This document shows, one piece after another, positions 22,497 to 35,808 of a stretch of 64,000 bases of DNA. The notes below the pieces were generated by a model, which was given only the letters and a program-made list of their open reading frames with translations, ran no database searches and was not told the origin of the DNA. A program made the translations under genes and the position numbers. The stretch comes from Dictyostelium discoideum (Eukaryota). The stretch lies in the NCBI GenBank assembly GCA_000004695.1, contig CM000152.2, positions 5,056,001 to 5,120,000 of the forward strand, read 5' to 3'. The stretch's first letter is position 1; each line of letters starts with the position of its first letter.

Positions 22497-24139
22497 AAGT
22501 TGTTGTATTATTATTATTTGTATTATTTGAATTATTTGAATTATTAGTTTGTTGAGTTGGTGCAGGAGCATACCAATCTGAAGTAAATTTCATTAACCTT
22601 TCAAAGATAGCAAAAGTATCATGTTCTAAATATTTAATATTATAAATGAAATCAACTAAAGTTGAAGATGAATTTTCATCCAATTTCTTATAGCTACTAT
22701 ACTCTTGATTGTATAAATAAATGATTGGTGCCAATAATTCATGCATACCTTGTCTATAAGAGATGATACCATTGGTTTTTGAATAAACAAATAAAATGGT
22801 TGCCATCATTTCCCTAATAACTGGATTTGAAAAGAAATCATTATCTGGATGAGTTCTCTCTAAATCAATTTTAATAATTTTTTGTGTATCTAAATTTTTA
22901 AAGAATTTATTCCATGGTGACTTTTATTTTTTTGAAAAAAAAAAAAACAAAAAACAAAATTAGTAAAAAAAAAAAAAAAAAAAAAAAAAAGATATTTTTA
23001 TATATATATAAAACATACATCGTCATTTTGAGATAATGGATCATATGTTGAATTTGAATTTCTTGGGTCAAAACAATGTTCTTCTTTTAATTTTTCATAT
23101 CTTTTTCTTTGTTGAGTAATATCTCTTTCCCATTTATCAACTCTATTAATATCTAATCCACCTAAAAATAACTAAAGTTTTTAAAAAAAAAAAAAAAAAA
23201 ATTGTTAATGAGTAAAAAAAAAAAAAAAAAAAAAACAACAAATAATTAATGAATTAAGTTATATACCTTCCAAGCAATACCTCTCAATGGTGAATATTTT
23301 AAAGCACCAGTGAATGCATTCATTTTTAAAATTTCTAAAGGTTTTTTTTCTAATGGAATGGTTGAAAAGAAGATTTTATTGAATTCAGATTGTAGTGGTG
23401 AAATTAAAGGTTCTTCTTGTTTTTCATGAATCTCTTGCTCAATTGTACCAACTGTTGTTGTGGATATAATATGTTCATCTTTTGATGCAGTTGTTACTCC
23501 CATTGAAAAACTATTATTCATATCTTTATTTGTTGTTGTTGTTGTTGTATTTTCATTACTATTACCATTATTATTATTATCAATTTCATTATTATTATTA
23601 TTATTATTATTATTTATTATTGATACAATTGGTGTGAATATTTCATGAACTACATTTTCTTTTTTAATTTGTTCATCTTGGTCACTGTCACTATCATCTA
23701 CTTTTGTATTAATGTTAACTTCTAATGGATTTACTACAATTGGTTCACTATTGATCAATGTGGATGTTGGTGTAGTAGTTGTAGTTGGTACTGCAGTAGT
23801 TGCAGTGGTTGTTGTAGTAGTTGTAACTGTATTTTCTTTAGTTACACTTATTGGTTGAGATGGTATAATTTCTTCTTGTTGTTGTTGTTGTTGTTGTTGT
23901 TGTTGAGTAGAAGTTGATGCTTCAATTGGTATTGGAGGTATTGATGATGAAATTAAAGGACTATTTGCGGCCTCTGTACCAAAAATAGATTCTACTGCTG
24001 CATCAACTTTCTTTTCTTTAGTTGGTATTGTATCAAATATTGATGACATTATATCATTTGATGTTGTGACACTATTTCTTATATTTGGTGTTGTTGTACC
24101 TGAATTTATATCTAAATCTAAAAATCCACTGGTATCCAT
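20786..24139 (-). CDS. TBC-domain Rab GTPase-activating protein, 4 exons: join(24139..23266,23171..23039,22920..21978,21867..20786)
   Basis: N-terminal low-complexity T/Q/N region, then TBC motifs across exons: ...SPLRGIAWK|LFLGGLDINRVDKWERD...LSQNDD|SPWNKFFKNLDTQKIIKIDLERTHPDNDFF (the IxxDxxRT arginine finger) ...YRQGMHELLAPIIYL (the YxQ glutamine finger) ...LRWIRLLFGREFHFDDVLNIWDALF...IREH|LLKSDSIYALKRIYKYPPV.... Donors GTATAT/GTATGT/GTAAGT with AG acceptors. Long poly-N, poly-S and poly-T tracts lie in exons 1, 3 and 4. Confidence 0.8.
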
Positions 24140-24787
24140 TTGTTTTTTTTTTTTTTTTTTGTTTATATAATTGTATGTGTATGTTTTTTTTTATAAATAT
24201 ATATATATATTTTTTGTTTATAAAATTATGTAATTTGTATTAGCTTTTTTTAAAGTGTACAATACTTTAAAAATTAATAGTAAACACTAATACAGTCACT
24301 GAAAAAAAAAATACAAAAAAAAAAAAAAATAGATATTTTTTTGTGTGTGGTTTTTATAAAAAGCAAAAAAAAAAAAATTAAAATAAAATATTTTTTTTTT
24401 TTTTTTTTCTTTTTTTTTTTTTTTTCTTTTTTTTTTAATTTCAATAATTCCAATGAATTCTCCAAAGAGAATGAAAAAAAAACAATAAAGAAAAACAATA
24501 AAAAAATTTAATAAGGTAATTAAATTTAATAATTACCTTTTTGATCATATATTATTAGAAGAAACAACAATTATTCTAATTCAAGTTTTATCATATTTTC
24601 ATTCCAAAATTAAACTAAAACGTTTTCGTTTATTTTTTTTTTAAAATTTTTTTTTAAAATTTTTTTATTTTTTTATTTTAAATTTTATTTTATTTTTTAT
24701 TTATTTTCTTTTTTTTAAAATTTTTTTTTTTTTTTAATTTTTAGATTAATTCCTTATTTGGATTTCAAAGGATGTCCGCGGACAAAT

Positions 24788-24821
<34 letters not shown>

Positions 24822-25134
24822 TTTTTGTTTTGTTTTCCTTCTATGAAATGATAATAATATTTATATATATAAACAGAAAAAAAGATATACCAAATTAAAA
24901 AAAGAATAAAAATAATAAAGTAAATAATAACAATAAAAAAAAAGAAGGAAAAAAAAAATAATTAAGATATAATCTATTAAAAGAAAAAGTTGATTTTTTT
25001 TTTTTAAAAATACTTTATCACTAATTCCAAAAAAAAAATTGTGGGTAAAAATAAAAAATATTTAGATAATGTATTTTTTTAGCATAAAAACAATTTATTA
25101 TTATTATTTTTATTATTATTGTTATTTATTATTT

Positions 25135-25176
<42 letters not shown>

Positions 25177-26373
25177 ATTATTATTATTATTATTTTTATT
25201 TTTAATTTTAGATAATCTATATTTTAAAAAAGAAAAAAAAAATCCTACATATTATTTTCACCACTACCACACATATACATATTATTACAATAGTTGTAAA
25301 TATTTTACTGTTAGTTCCATATTTTTGGTAAATTCGAATTTACACCCACCACTAGAACTGTTTGACATAAAAAAAAAAAAAAAAAAAAAAAATAATAAAA
25401 ATAATAAAAATAATAAAAAAATAAAATAAAAAAAAAAAAAAAAAAAAACAATAACAAAAATAATAATATTAATTATAAAATGTTTTTTTTTTTTAATTTA
25501 AAAAAAGTTAATGAATTTAGGAAAGAATTATAATATTTTTTTTTTATATAAATTTTATATGGGTTTATAAAAGACTGCGTAGGGAGTGTGTAATAAATAT
25601 CTATATTTATAAAAAAATAATAATTTATTTTTACATTAAACTTTTAATGTTAATATATTTTTGTAATTTTAAAATATCCAAACCCCAAAAAAAAAAAAAA
25701 AAAAAAAAAGTAAAAAAATAAAAAATATAGCCTTTAAAAGTATTAATGGGTTTATTATTATTTTATTTATTATTTTTATTTTTTTTTTATATTTTTTAAA
25801 ATCACTATCACCAATCATAAGAATATTATTCGATTTAAAATTCATCGAAAAAAAACAATGTCAATTAAAGCTATTTATTTATTGAAAAATGTATTTTTTA
25901 ATATAAAAAAAAAAAAAAAAACCCTTTTTTAAAAAATTAATTAGGGTTTTTTTTTTTAGTCATTTTTTTTTTTTTTAGTCATTTTTTTTTTTTTTTTTTT
26001 TTATTCACAATTCCTTTGCTTTTTATATTAATTATAAAATTTAAAAATAAAAAGCTCCTTACTTTCGTTTTTTTTTTTTTTTTTTTGTGTATACACTAAA
26101 AATAAAAATATTTTGTCAAACTCTGTTTAAAATAAAAAAAATAAAAAAATTAAACAAAAAAAAAAAAAAAAGAAAAAAAAATATAAAAAAAAAAAAAAAA
26201 AAAAATAAATTCAAAGTGAATAATTCCAATTTTTAAGGTTCATTTTTGATTATTCTTTTCGTTTTATTAAATAATAATAATAATAAAAATAAAAATAATT
26301 AATAATAATATTATTAATAAAAATAAAAAAGATATTTTAAATCAATTACTGTGATAACAAGTATAATCTTTTT

Positions 26374-26406
<33 letters not shown>

Positions 26407-27253
26407 TCAACTTTTATTATTTTTTTTTTAATTTTTTAATTTTTAGCTCATTTATGATTATAAAAATATTTTTATAATATTAATATAATTGTAGCCATTA
26501 AATTGTTTAAAATTTAAATTCAAAAAAAAAACCACCAAACCAAGTAAATGATCCAAATGGTGGTTATTAAAATTAAAAATAATTAAATAATTAAATAAAT
26601 AAACAAATAATAAAAAAAAAAAAAAAAAAAAGAACTAAAGAAAAAAAAAAAGGTATATTTCCCAAATAACAATATTTTTGAAAAAAGAAAAAAAACTGTT
26701 TCTATTTTTTTGTTTTTATTTGTTTGTTTATGTTTGTTTGTTTTAAAAAAAATGAAAATTTGATTAATAATAGATATTTCTTTCTTTCTCGTTCATAAAG
26801 ACACTCAAAACCCCCACAACCACAAAAAACACACATTTTACCATTTATATTATTTAGATATTATTCGACACACTTTAATAAATATAAAAAACGTATTAAT
26901 GTGATGTGTTTTTTTTTTTTTTTGTTTCTTTCATTAAACACTTTATTCATTTATTCATTTATTTATTATTTTTTTTTTATTTTTTTTTTTTGTAAAAACT
27001 AAAAACATCTTTTAAAATTATATAATTTTAATTTTAATTTATTATTATTTTTGTTAATTTTAAATCACAACTTATTAGGCAAATCAATTTAGTGATAAAA
27101 ATAAAAGAAAAAAATAATTATATAATTATAACAATAATTTATTTTTTTTTGGAAATTTTGCAAAGTGATATTATTGGTTTATTTTTTTTTATTTTTTTTT
27201 TTTTTTTAAAAAAATTATTTTTATATCTTTTATCTTTGCCTAAATTAAAAATT

Positions 27254-27304
<51 letters not shown>

Positions 27305-27658
27305 TAGAAGAATTAAATAAAATTATAAAAAAATATTAAAATAAAAAAAAAAAAAAAAAACTTCACATATCCAATTTATTAAAAAAAAAATAATTGGCTG
27401 TATTTTTATAATTATTATTTTTATTATTAATATTAATAATATTATTATTAACAATATTAGTATTTTTGCTTTAGAGTTTTTTTTTTTTTTTTTTCCTTTT
27501 TTTTTTATTTTTATAATTATTATTTTTATTTCTTTTTTTTTTTTATCTTTATTAGTTTAAACTTTTAATTTTATTTTTTCTTTTTTCCAAACATTTTAAA
27601 AAAAAAAAAACCAACATATTAATTAATTTAATTTTATTTTAAAATAAAGTAAATAATA

Positions 27659-27885
27659 ATGGAAAGTAATAAATCATCATCACATGGAGATGTATCAACT
27701 TCTCCATCATTTTTAAATAATCATCATCAATTTAATAATGGTGGTGATATAATCCCAAAAAAGAAAAAAAATAGGATAATGCATGTTGGTTCTTATGAAG
27801 TTGGCAAAACTTTAGGTAATGGTACATTTGGTAAAGTTAAATTAGGTACAAATATTTGTACAAAAGAAAATGTAAATAAATAAAT

Positions 27886-27935
<50 letters not shown>

Positions 27936-30073
27936 TTATTTTATTATTATAAAATAATTTTTAGGTTGCAATTAAATTTATAAAAAATAATAAATTATCA
28001 GGAAAACAAAAAGAAACATGTTTTAGAGAAATTGATATTATGAAATTATTAGATCATCCAAATATAGTGAAATTATTAGATGTTGTTGATAAAAGAGAAG
28101 AAGAAGGTACAACTTATTTAATAGTTGAATATGTATCAGGTGGTGAATTATTTGATTATATAGTTGCACGTGAATATATTAAAGAGAAAGAAGCAAGAAA
28201 ATTTTTTAGACAAATGATATCGGCCATAGAGTATTGTCATGCAAATTTAATAGTTCATAGGGATTTAAAACCCGAGAATTTATTATTAGACTCAAATGGT
28301 GATATTAAAATCTCGGATTTCGGATTGAGTAATAATATTCAACCTGGTAAGCTATTGGAGTCATTTTGTGGCTCACCATTGTATGCAGCACCAGAGATAT
28401 TGAAAGCAGAGAAATATTTAGGACCACCCGTTGACATTTGGAGCTTAGGCGTTATCATGTACGCCGTGCTCTGTGGCAACTTGCCATGGGAGGGCGACTC
28501 GCAGGCAGAGATCTCGTTCAATTCAGTGCATGGTAATTACGAAGATCCCACCCATTTATCGGCAGAGGCAGTTCACATTCTACGAAGAATGATTGTACCA
28601 AATCCAAAAGATAGAGCAACGATTCAAGAACTTAAAAATCATCCATGGACCAATATTGATTATCAAGAGATTCCAAAATCTCATTTACCACCAAGAGATG
28701 CGGTTCATGAGATTAAGGAAGACATTTTCGCTCATTTAATTTCACTTGGTTTTCCAAATACAAAAGAAACTCGTGATATAATATTAAAGAATGAAAATTG
28801 TGGTATTGTAAATGTTTATCATTTACTATTGGATAGATATGCTTCTAAAGAAGTTGAAAATTTAAAATCAAAATTAGAATTACTCTCAAAAAGAAAGAAA
28901 TCTTTCTCTGATAAAAGAAATCCTTCAACAAATTCTTTAGCTTCAATTCCAGAAGATTCAAATGATTTATCTTCTAATAATAATAATAATCAACAACAAC
29001 AAAATTCACCACCTTCTAAAACTAATTCCTCTTCCACTTCTTCATCAAATAGAGAATCAAATAATAATTCTCCTTCTCAAGGTTCAATAAAAGAAATTAG
29101 TTTAGATGAGTTGGATAATCATATAGAACAATTGGATAATGATATTGAAAATTCTGATAATAATAAATCATCTTCACTTACAAGAAGATCTTCTGATCCA
29201 AATAAAGATATTGAAAATTCTTTAAAAGCTCAAGGTTTATTTTCAAGTTATTCTGCACCTGGTGTACCAAATTCTGATCATAATTATGATTTTGAAACTT
29301 ATCAACAACAACAACAATATCAACAACAACTACACCAACAACAACTACAACTACAACAACAATATCAATCACAAATACAATCCGATATATCATTCCCACA
29401 TGATGATGTTGAAATTGAAAGTTATTCAATTCAACAGCAACAACTACAACAACAACAACAACAACAACAAGAACAACACAAAGAAGATAATAATAAACCA
29501 AATACAAATTTAAGAAGAAATTCAATTGCAGTTTCAACATTTATGGAAGATGAACCAAATGAAATGCCAATTAATAATTTGTATAAAATGAATGAACAAA
29601 TTCAACAACAACCAATTATTGGTGGTAGTGGTAATGTAATGAGATCACAATTTAATCAAACATTACCAACAATTGATCAACAACCAGTTATTGAAGCACC
29701 AAAAACGAGAAGAATGAGTTTAGATTCACGTATGTTAAATGGTGATCAACAATCATTGGTTGAAAAGAATCAACATATGGCAAGTCCAAGAACTTCGAAA
29801 GGTATATTTAAATCTTCAACTACCACTACTAAATCACCAGAGAAAACAATTATCGAATTGAAAAGATCTCTCGAAGAAAGTGGTTTATTCACTAAAAAGA
29901 AAGGTCCTTACCTTTTCTTATGTTTTGATGAAGATAACTCTGTTAAATTTCAAATCGAAATCGTTAAAATTTGTAACCTTGATTTAACTGGTATTCAATT
30001 AAAAAGATTAAGTGGCGATACTTGGAAATATAAAGATATTTGTACTGAATTAGTTGAATCAATGAAATTATAA
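27659..30073 (+). CDS. MARK/Par-1-type AMPK-related Ser/Thr kinase with UBA-like and C-terminal KA1 domains, 2 exons: join(27659..27871,27965..30073)
   Basis: Exon 1 carries the glycine loop (LGNGTFGKVKLGTNICTKEN). Exon 2 starts VAIKFI (the conserved Lys) and continues [35 protein letters not shown] and DIWSLGVIMY. The UBA-like stretch is IKEDIFAHLISLGFPNTKETRDIILKNENCGIVNVYHLLLDR, the spacer is Q/N/S-rich, and the KA1 tail reads KGPYLFLCFDEDNSVKFQIEIVKICNLDLTGIQLKRLSGDTWKYKDICTELVESMKL*. GTAAAT donor at 27872, TTTTTAG acceptor at 27964. Probably one of the mrk genes. Confidence 0.88.
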
Positions 30074-30186
30074 GTTTTTTTTTAAAAAAAAAATAAATAG
30101 TAATAAATAATAAAAAAATAATAAATAATAAATAATAATAAATAATAAATAATAATAAATAATAAATAATAATAATAATAAATAAT

Positions 30187-30217
<31 letters not shown>

Positions 30218-31020
30218 ATTAAATAATATTTATATTAATAAATAAAAAAATAATAATACTTAACGATTAATCACCTATGTATTGATATATATAAATAAAA
30301 AATTTTAAAATCTCAAATCATTCTTTTTTAAAAATAATATAATATCACATAAAAAAAAGAGATAAAATTCTTTTTTTTTGAATAATAAAAATTTTTAATA
30401 TTTGATTGGAAACCAATATTTAATTTTTATATTTTTATATTTTTATTTAATATTTTAATTAAAATTTTATTTTATTTTAAAAAAAAATTATAAAAAAATG
30501 TGTGATAAATAATAAAATCTAAAATTTTATTTGTTTAAAAAAAAAATGAAAAATAAAATGAAAATTAAAATATTAAGGTGTCAAATTGTTTTTAATAATA
30601 ATAATTATAAATAATAAGGTATTTAGTCCATTGGTAATCAAAATGTTCCTCCTGAAATGGAGTTCTCATTCCAGCCATAAACGATGACATATTATTTACT
30701 TTGTTTTTTTTTTTTTTTTTTTTTAATTAAATAAATAATCTTTCCATTTTCTTTTCGTTTTTTTTTTTCTTTTCCTTTTTTTTTTTCTTTTCCTTTTTTT
30801 CCTTTTTTTTTTTTTTTTTTTTTTAAAAATTTAATTTTATAAACCTTAATATGAAATAGTATTTTTAACCACATTTGAAAATTATGAATTTTCATTTTTT
30901 CTAAAAATAGTAAAAATTATTTAACCTATTTTTTTTTTTATTAAAATCAATATTTAAAAATAGAATTTTTTATATATACTTCTTAAAGTTACTATAAATA
31001 CCCAAAAAAATCAAATTATT

Positions 31021-31063
<43 letters not shown>

Positions 31064-31098
31064 TTAATTTTATTGTTAAAAAAAAAAAAAAAAAAAAA

Positions 31099-31704
31099 AT
31101 GAAGATATTATACTTTATATTTGTAATAATAATTAATATTTTATTAATTTTGAATCATGTTAAATCAAAATATAATACGTTTATTTTTGAAAATACAGAT
31201 GGCTTTCCGGAGTGTAATAGAGAAGTTCCAATTGATAAATGTACCTTATTTTGTGGTAGACTTTTTGGTGGTCTTTCATATGATAGTGAAAAGTTAATAT
31301 TTTATGAAGGTGAAAATTGTTATACAATGATCCATGGTGAGTTTTTATGTAGTGATACAGAAAGAACTTCTTTTAGAATGGATAATTATTTAGCCGATGA
31401 TGAAAGTTGGTATAAAGCATTTTTCAACTATTTGGTAAATTGTACTTGGGACGAAAAAAATACACCGGAAACACCATCACCAACAGAAAATGCACCAAAT
31501 ACAAGTGGTGGTAGTAGTGAAGGTAATCATTACACTTATAAAAGTAGTAGTAGTAGTAGTGAACATATCAATGATATTCCAACATATTCCCACTCTGGTT
31601 ATGGAAATTATGGGGAAGATCCTCAAAGAAACATTGGTATTTCATTATCAAGTTCTTTAATTTTTATTTCAATTTTATTTTTAATAATTTTTATAAATAA
31701 TTAA
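31099..31704 (+). CDS. Small secreted or GPI-anchored Cys-rich protein (201 aa, single exon)
   Basis: N-terminal signal peptide (MKILYFIFVIIINILLILNHVKS), 8 Cys spread through the mature region, N-glycosylation sequons, an S/T-rich stalk and a C-terminal hydrophobic tail (ISLSSSLIFISILFLIIFINN*) typical of a GPI-attachment signal. Confidence 0.6.
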   Translation: MKILYFIFVIIINILLILNHVKSKYNTFIFENTDGFPECNREVPIDKCTLFCGRLFGGLSYDSEKLIFYEGENCYTMIHGEFLCSDTERTSFRMDNYLADDESWYKAFFNYLVNCTWDEKNTPETPSPTENAPNTSGGSSEGNHYTYKSSSSSSEHINDIPTYSHSGYGNYGEDPQRNIGISLSSSLIFISILFLIIFINN

Positions 31705-31814
31705 TTATTATAAATATCAAATTATAATAAAATTTTAAACAAAAAAAAAAAAAAGAGATAAAAATCTTTTATTATATCTTCGTTTATTTATTAATTTTTT
31801 TTTTTTTCTTTTGT

Positions 31815-31846
<32 letters not shown>

Positions 31847-32115
31847 CTTTTTTTTTTGGGTGGGAAAATATTGCCAATGTCAGTAATTTAATATTAAAAT
31901 TATTAATACTATTTATAACTATTGTCTGATTATTTAAATTCAGCTGTTATTATTTTTTTTTTTTTTTTTGTTTTAAATGTTTGGAAGTCGCCATGAACCA
32001 TTTTTTTAAAAATTTATAAAGGAGTGTATTAATTTGGTTTATGGTTTGTGATTTGTAAATTTTTTTTTTGTTTTTTGTTTTTTTGTTTTTTTGTTTTTGG
32101 ATAATTTTTGGTAGT

Positions 32116-33966
32116 CTACATTGCTTCCAATCTTTTAACGATTTCTTGGAATGAAGGTCTTTGTTGTGGATCTTCAGACCAACATTCAGTGATAAGACGT
32201 GTGAATGGAGCTGATACTTGTGGTGGTACGATTGGTCTTAATTTATGTTGACCAACAGAAATTACAATTTGGAAAGTTGGCATACCTTGATATGGATCTT
32301 CTCTTGTTACAATTTCCCATAAAACAATTGCAAATGAGAAAACATCAGCTTTCTCAGTATATGGGTCATTTCTTAAAACTCTGTTTAAAAAAAATCATAA
32401 TAAATAATAATAATAAAAATAATAAAAATAATATATATTAATATATATTAATAATAATAATAATAAAACCCTTTCTATTATTAATAATAATTATAAAAAA
32501 ACTTACTCTGGTGCAGTCCAACAAGGTGTACCAACAGGTGTCATTGCAGTCTTTTTATCTAAATGTTTCTTAAATCTAGTTGAAAGACCAAAATCTGAAA
32601 TTTTAACTCTATAATGTTCATCAACTAAAAGATTATGACTCTTTAAATCTCTATGAATAACAATTGGATCACAACAATGTAAATAATTCTATTTTTTTTT
32701 TTTTTTTATAAAAAAAATAAAAAAGTATATTAATATTTTAAAAAAAAAAATAAAAAAAAAATTGTGCTATCTAAATTGAATTATTATATATATATATATA
32801 TATATATTACATACCATTCCTTTTGCAATATCTAAAGCCATTGATTTCATTCTTGGCCAATCTAGAGAAATTGAAGGATCATGTAAAATTCTATAGAGAC
32901 TACCTAATGGCATATATTCCATAACTATTAAAATTTCAGGTGGATTATTACAAGTACCTAAAAATTGACAAATATTTGGATGTCTTAATTGACTCATGAT
33001 TGTAGCTTCTTGAGCCAATTCATTTAAAAAGTCTTCATCGTCTTCATTCAATAATTTTGCCTTTTTAATTGCAACAATAATACCTCTCCATGTACCTGTA
33101 AATACTTCTGCACAACTACCTCTACCAATTCTATTTTGAACTACAATCTCTGATATATCAATTGGTTTAATTTCAAATAATGTTTTATAATCTAAAAATA
33201 ATTTAAAAATAAATTAAAAATAAAATTAGTATTATTATTATTATTACTATTACTATTATTATTATTATTATTAAAATTAGATTAAATTCTAAATTACTTA
33301 CCAGTTTTTAATAATGGTGATCTTTCATCATCATTTATACCAATTGGTAAAGCATGTTTACTACCATTTAATCTCTTATTTTTAATTCTTAATCTAATGA
33401 TGAAATAGATACCAACGGCAATGATTAATAAAACAGCGATACCAACACCAACGACGATATAGATAATTTTTTGATAATTTGGACTTGTTGGTTTAACAAA
33501 AGGTATAGAGGCAGCAGTATAAATGAAAAAGGTAGTATTTAAACAAAAACTTGAACCACCATCCTCACTTAATTGAATGGTTACATTGTAATCACTTGGT
33601 GTGGTTGAATTGGATTGAAGCATTGGTGGTACAACACAAGAGGCACAAGTTGAATTAATGTATGTACCCGTTGATATTACCGTACCAAATTTACATTGAA
33701 TTTGTGATGATTGATAAAATTGTTCACCAATAAAATAAACTGTTTCACCACCTGTAGATGGTGCTGTATTTGGTACCACACTATTCACCTTAAATGCAAC
33801 TGGTCCATAAAATATATTTGCTGTTACCTTACCAATACATGCTACATCAGTTTCAAATAAATTAAATATAATTGAATTATTACTACCATATCTAAAAATA
33901 TATAATAAATAAAGAATTAATTAATTTATATTGTACAATTGATATATTGGATAAAAATATATATAT

Positions 33967-34031
<65 letters not shown>

Positions 34032-34879
34032 TATATTATTTACCTATATGATGCTAAACCATTTGGATCAACATCTGGTAATGTACGAGGTGAAAAAGAT
34101 ATTTGACAATTTGGACATTGTGAAGGTGAACTTTTAGAAATGAAAAAGATACCAGCATTTTCTTCACCATTTACCAATGAAAAAACCATACTAGTTGGAG
34201 GTATAACATTGAACATACCAGTAAAAGTTACAACGATCTTATGTACTACAAACAATCCAGTTGGTGGTACAGGATCATGGAAAACATAACCATTTGCCCA
34301 TGCTGATGATGTATTACAAAGGTAATTTTGTGTGAAAACTGATGGACTGTTACATGATTTTGGGTCACAAACCTGTTCTCCACCTGTCATATAACCAGAA
34401 AATGTTAAATTAGATTGAATGGCTGGTGCTGAATCATCACTACTACTTTTTTTATTTTCCTCACTAAATGATGATGATGATGATGATGTTGATACTTGAT
34501 CAGTCCTATCTGCTGCTTTCATCATCATCATCGCTATGTCCATCTCCTCCTTCATCTCCATCTTTTTCTTATTATTCCTCGTTAATAGTTCTTGTTCTAT
34601 CTCTAATTTTGGTTCTAAATCTACTATTGCTACATTATATAATAATTTGTTTTTATTTGTTTTTTTTATTTTTTTTATTTCTTCTTTCCCTTTTTCTAAT
34701 ATTTGAGATGATGATGATGATGATGATGGTGATGGTGATGATGATAATGATAATACTTTATTTTCATTTATTCCATTAATTTTATATGATATTGAATATC
34801 CTGTACAACATATCAATATAAAAAATGAAAATAATATCGCTATTTTATTCATCCGTATATATTTATTTATTATTATCAT
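32116..34879 (-). CDS. Receptor-like TKL protein kinase with signal peptide, IPT/TIG-like ectodomain, single TM and cytoplasmic kinase, 5 exons: join(34879..34044,33891..33312,33181..32815,32688..32507,32380..32116)
   Basis: Exon 1 has the signal peptide ([16 protein letters not shown]) and a Cys-containing ectodomain. Exon 2 has an IPT/TIG-like segment ([23 protein letters not shown]...[23 protein letters not shown]), the TM ([24 protein letters not shown]) and juxtamembrane RLRIKNKR. Exons 3-5 give the kinase: [23 protein letters not shown], ...AKGM|[36 protein letters not shown]...WTAPE|[27 protein letters not shown]...[13 protein letters not shown]. Donors gtaaat/gtaagt/gtatgt/gtaagt; exon phases are consistent. 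Confidence 0.8.
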
Positions 34880-35551
34880 TTTTTTTTTCTTTTTTTTTTT
34901 TTATTTATTTATCTATAATCTATTCTTTTGTTTTTTAAAATTAATTTACTATTACTATTATTTATTATTATTGCTATTATTACAAATACTTTTATTTATT
35001 TCACTATTTTTTTTATTTTTTTTTTTGAAAAAAAAAAAAAAAAAAATTTTAGTAAAAGAAATAGATATATGTTTTTAATAGCAAAAACAACAACTACAAT
35101 AGTACATTGATTTTAATTATTTGTCGTTTCAATTTTATTATTATTATTATTTTTACTATTTTATTTAATTATTATTATTTATTTATTTTAACGAAATAGA
35201 TTTTTTTTCGAAAATTTAAAAAAAAAAAATTTTTAAAAAAAAAAAAAAAAGATTGGAAAAAAAAAAAAAAAAAAAAAAAATAAAAAATCAAAAAAATTAA
35301 AAAAATAAAACAAAATAAAAAAAAACAAAAAAAAAAAAAAAAAAAAAATAATATAACCAAAAAGATATTTTTAATATATTGATAACTCTTAAATTATCGA
35401 TAATTTTTTTTTTCAGTAATTAAATATGTAGATTTTATTATTTTAGTTATTATTATTATTATTTTTTATTATTCTATAAATTAATTTTTTTTAAATTAAA
35501 TTAACACTTTGGTTTATTATTGCCAAACTTTTTTCCCCCAGGCTTTTTTTT

Positions 35552-35601
<50 letters not shown>

Positions 35602-35772
35602 ATATTTTTTTTTAAAGTGGTAATAAGATATTTTAAAAAAAAAAAAACCCCCTTTCATTTTATTAATTAATATCATTATAAAATATCAATAAAAGTAAAA
35701 ATAAAGATGTAAAAATAAAAGTAAAAATAAAAGTAAAAATAAAAATAAAATGGGATTAGTTTTTTTTTATGT

Positions 35773-35807
<35 letters not shown>

Positions 35808-35808
<1 letters not shown>

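Noticed and set aside
21442-22547. ORFs 21442..21705(-) and 22002..22547(+), rich in I/M/L/V
   Set aside because: Alternative-frame or antisense readings of the poly-N and poly-S tracts inside the TBC Rab-GAP gene.
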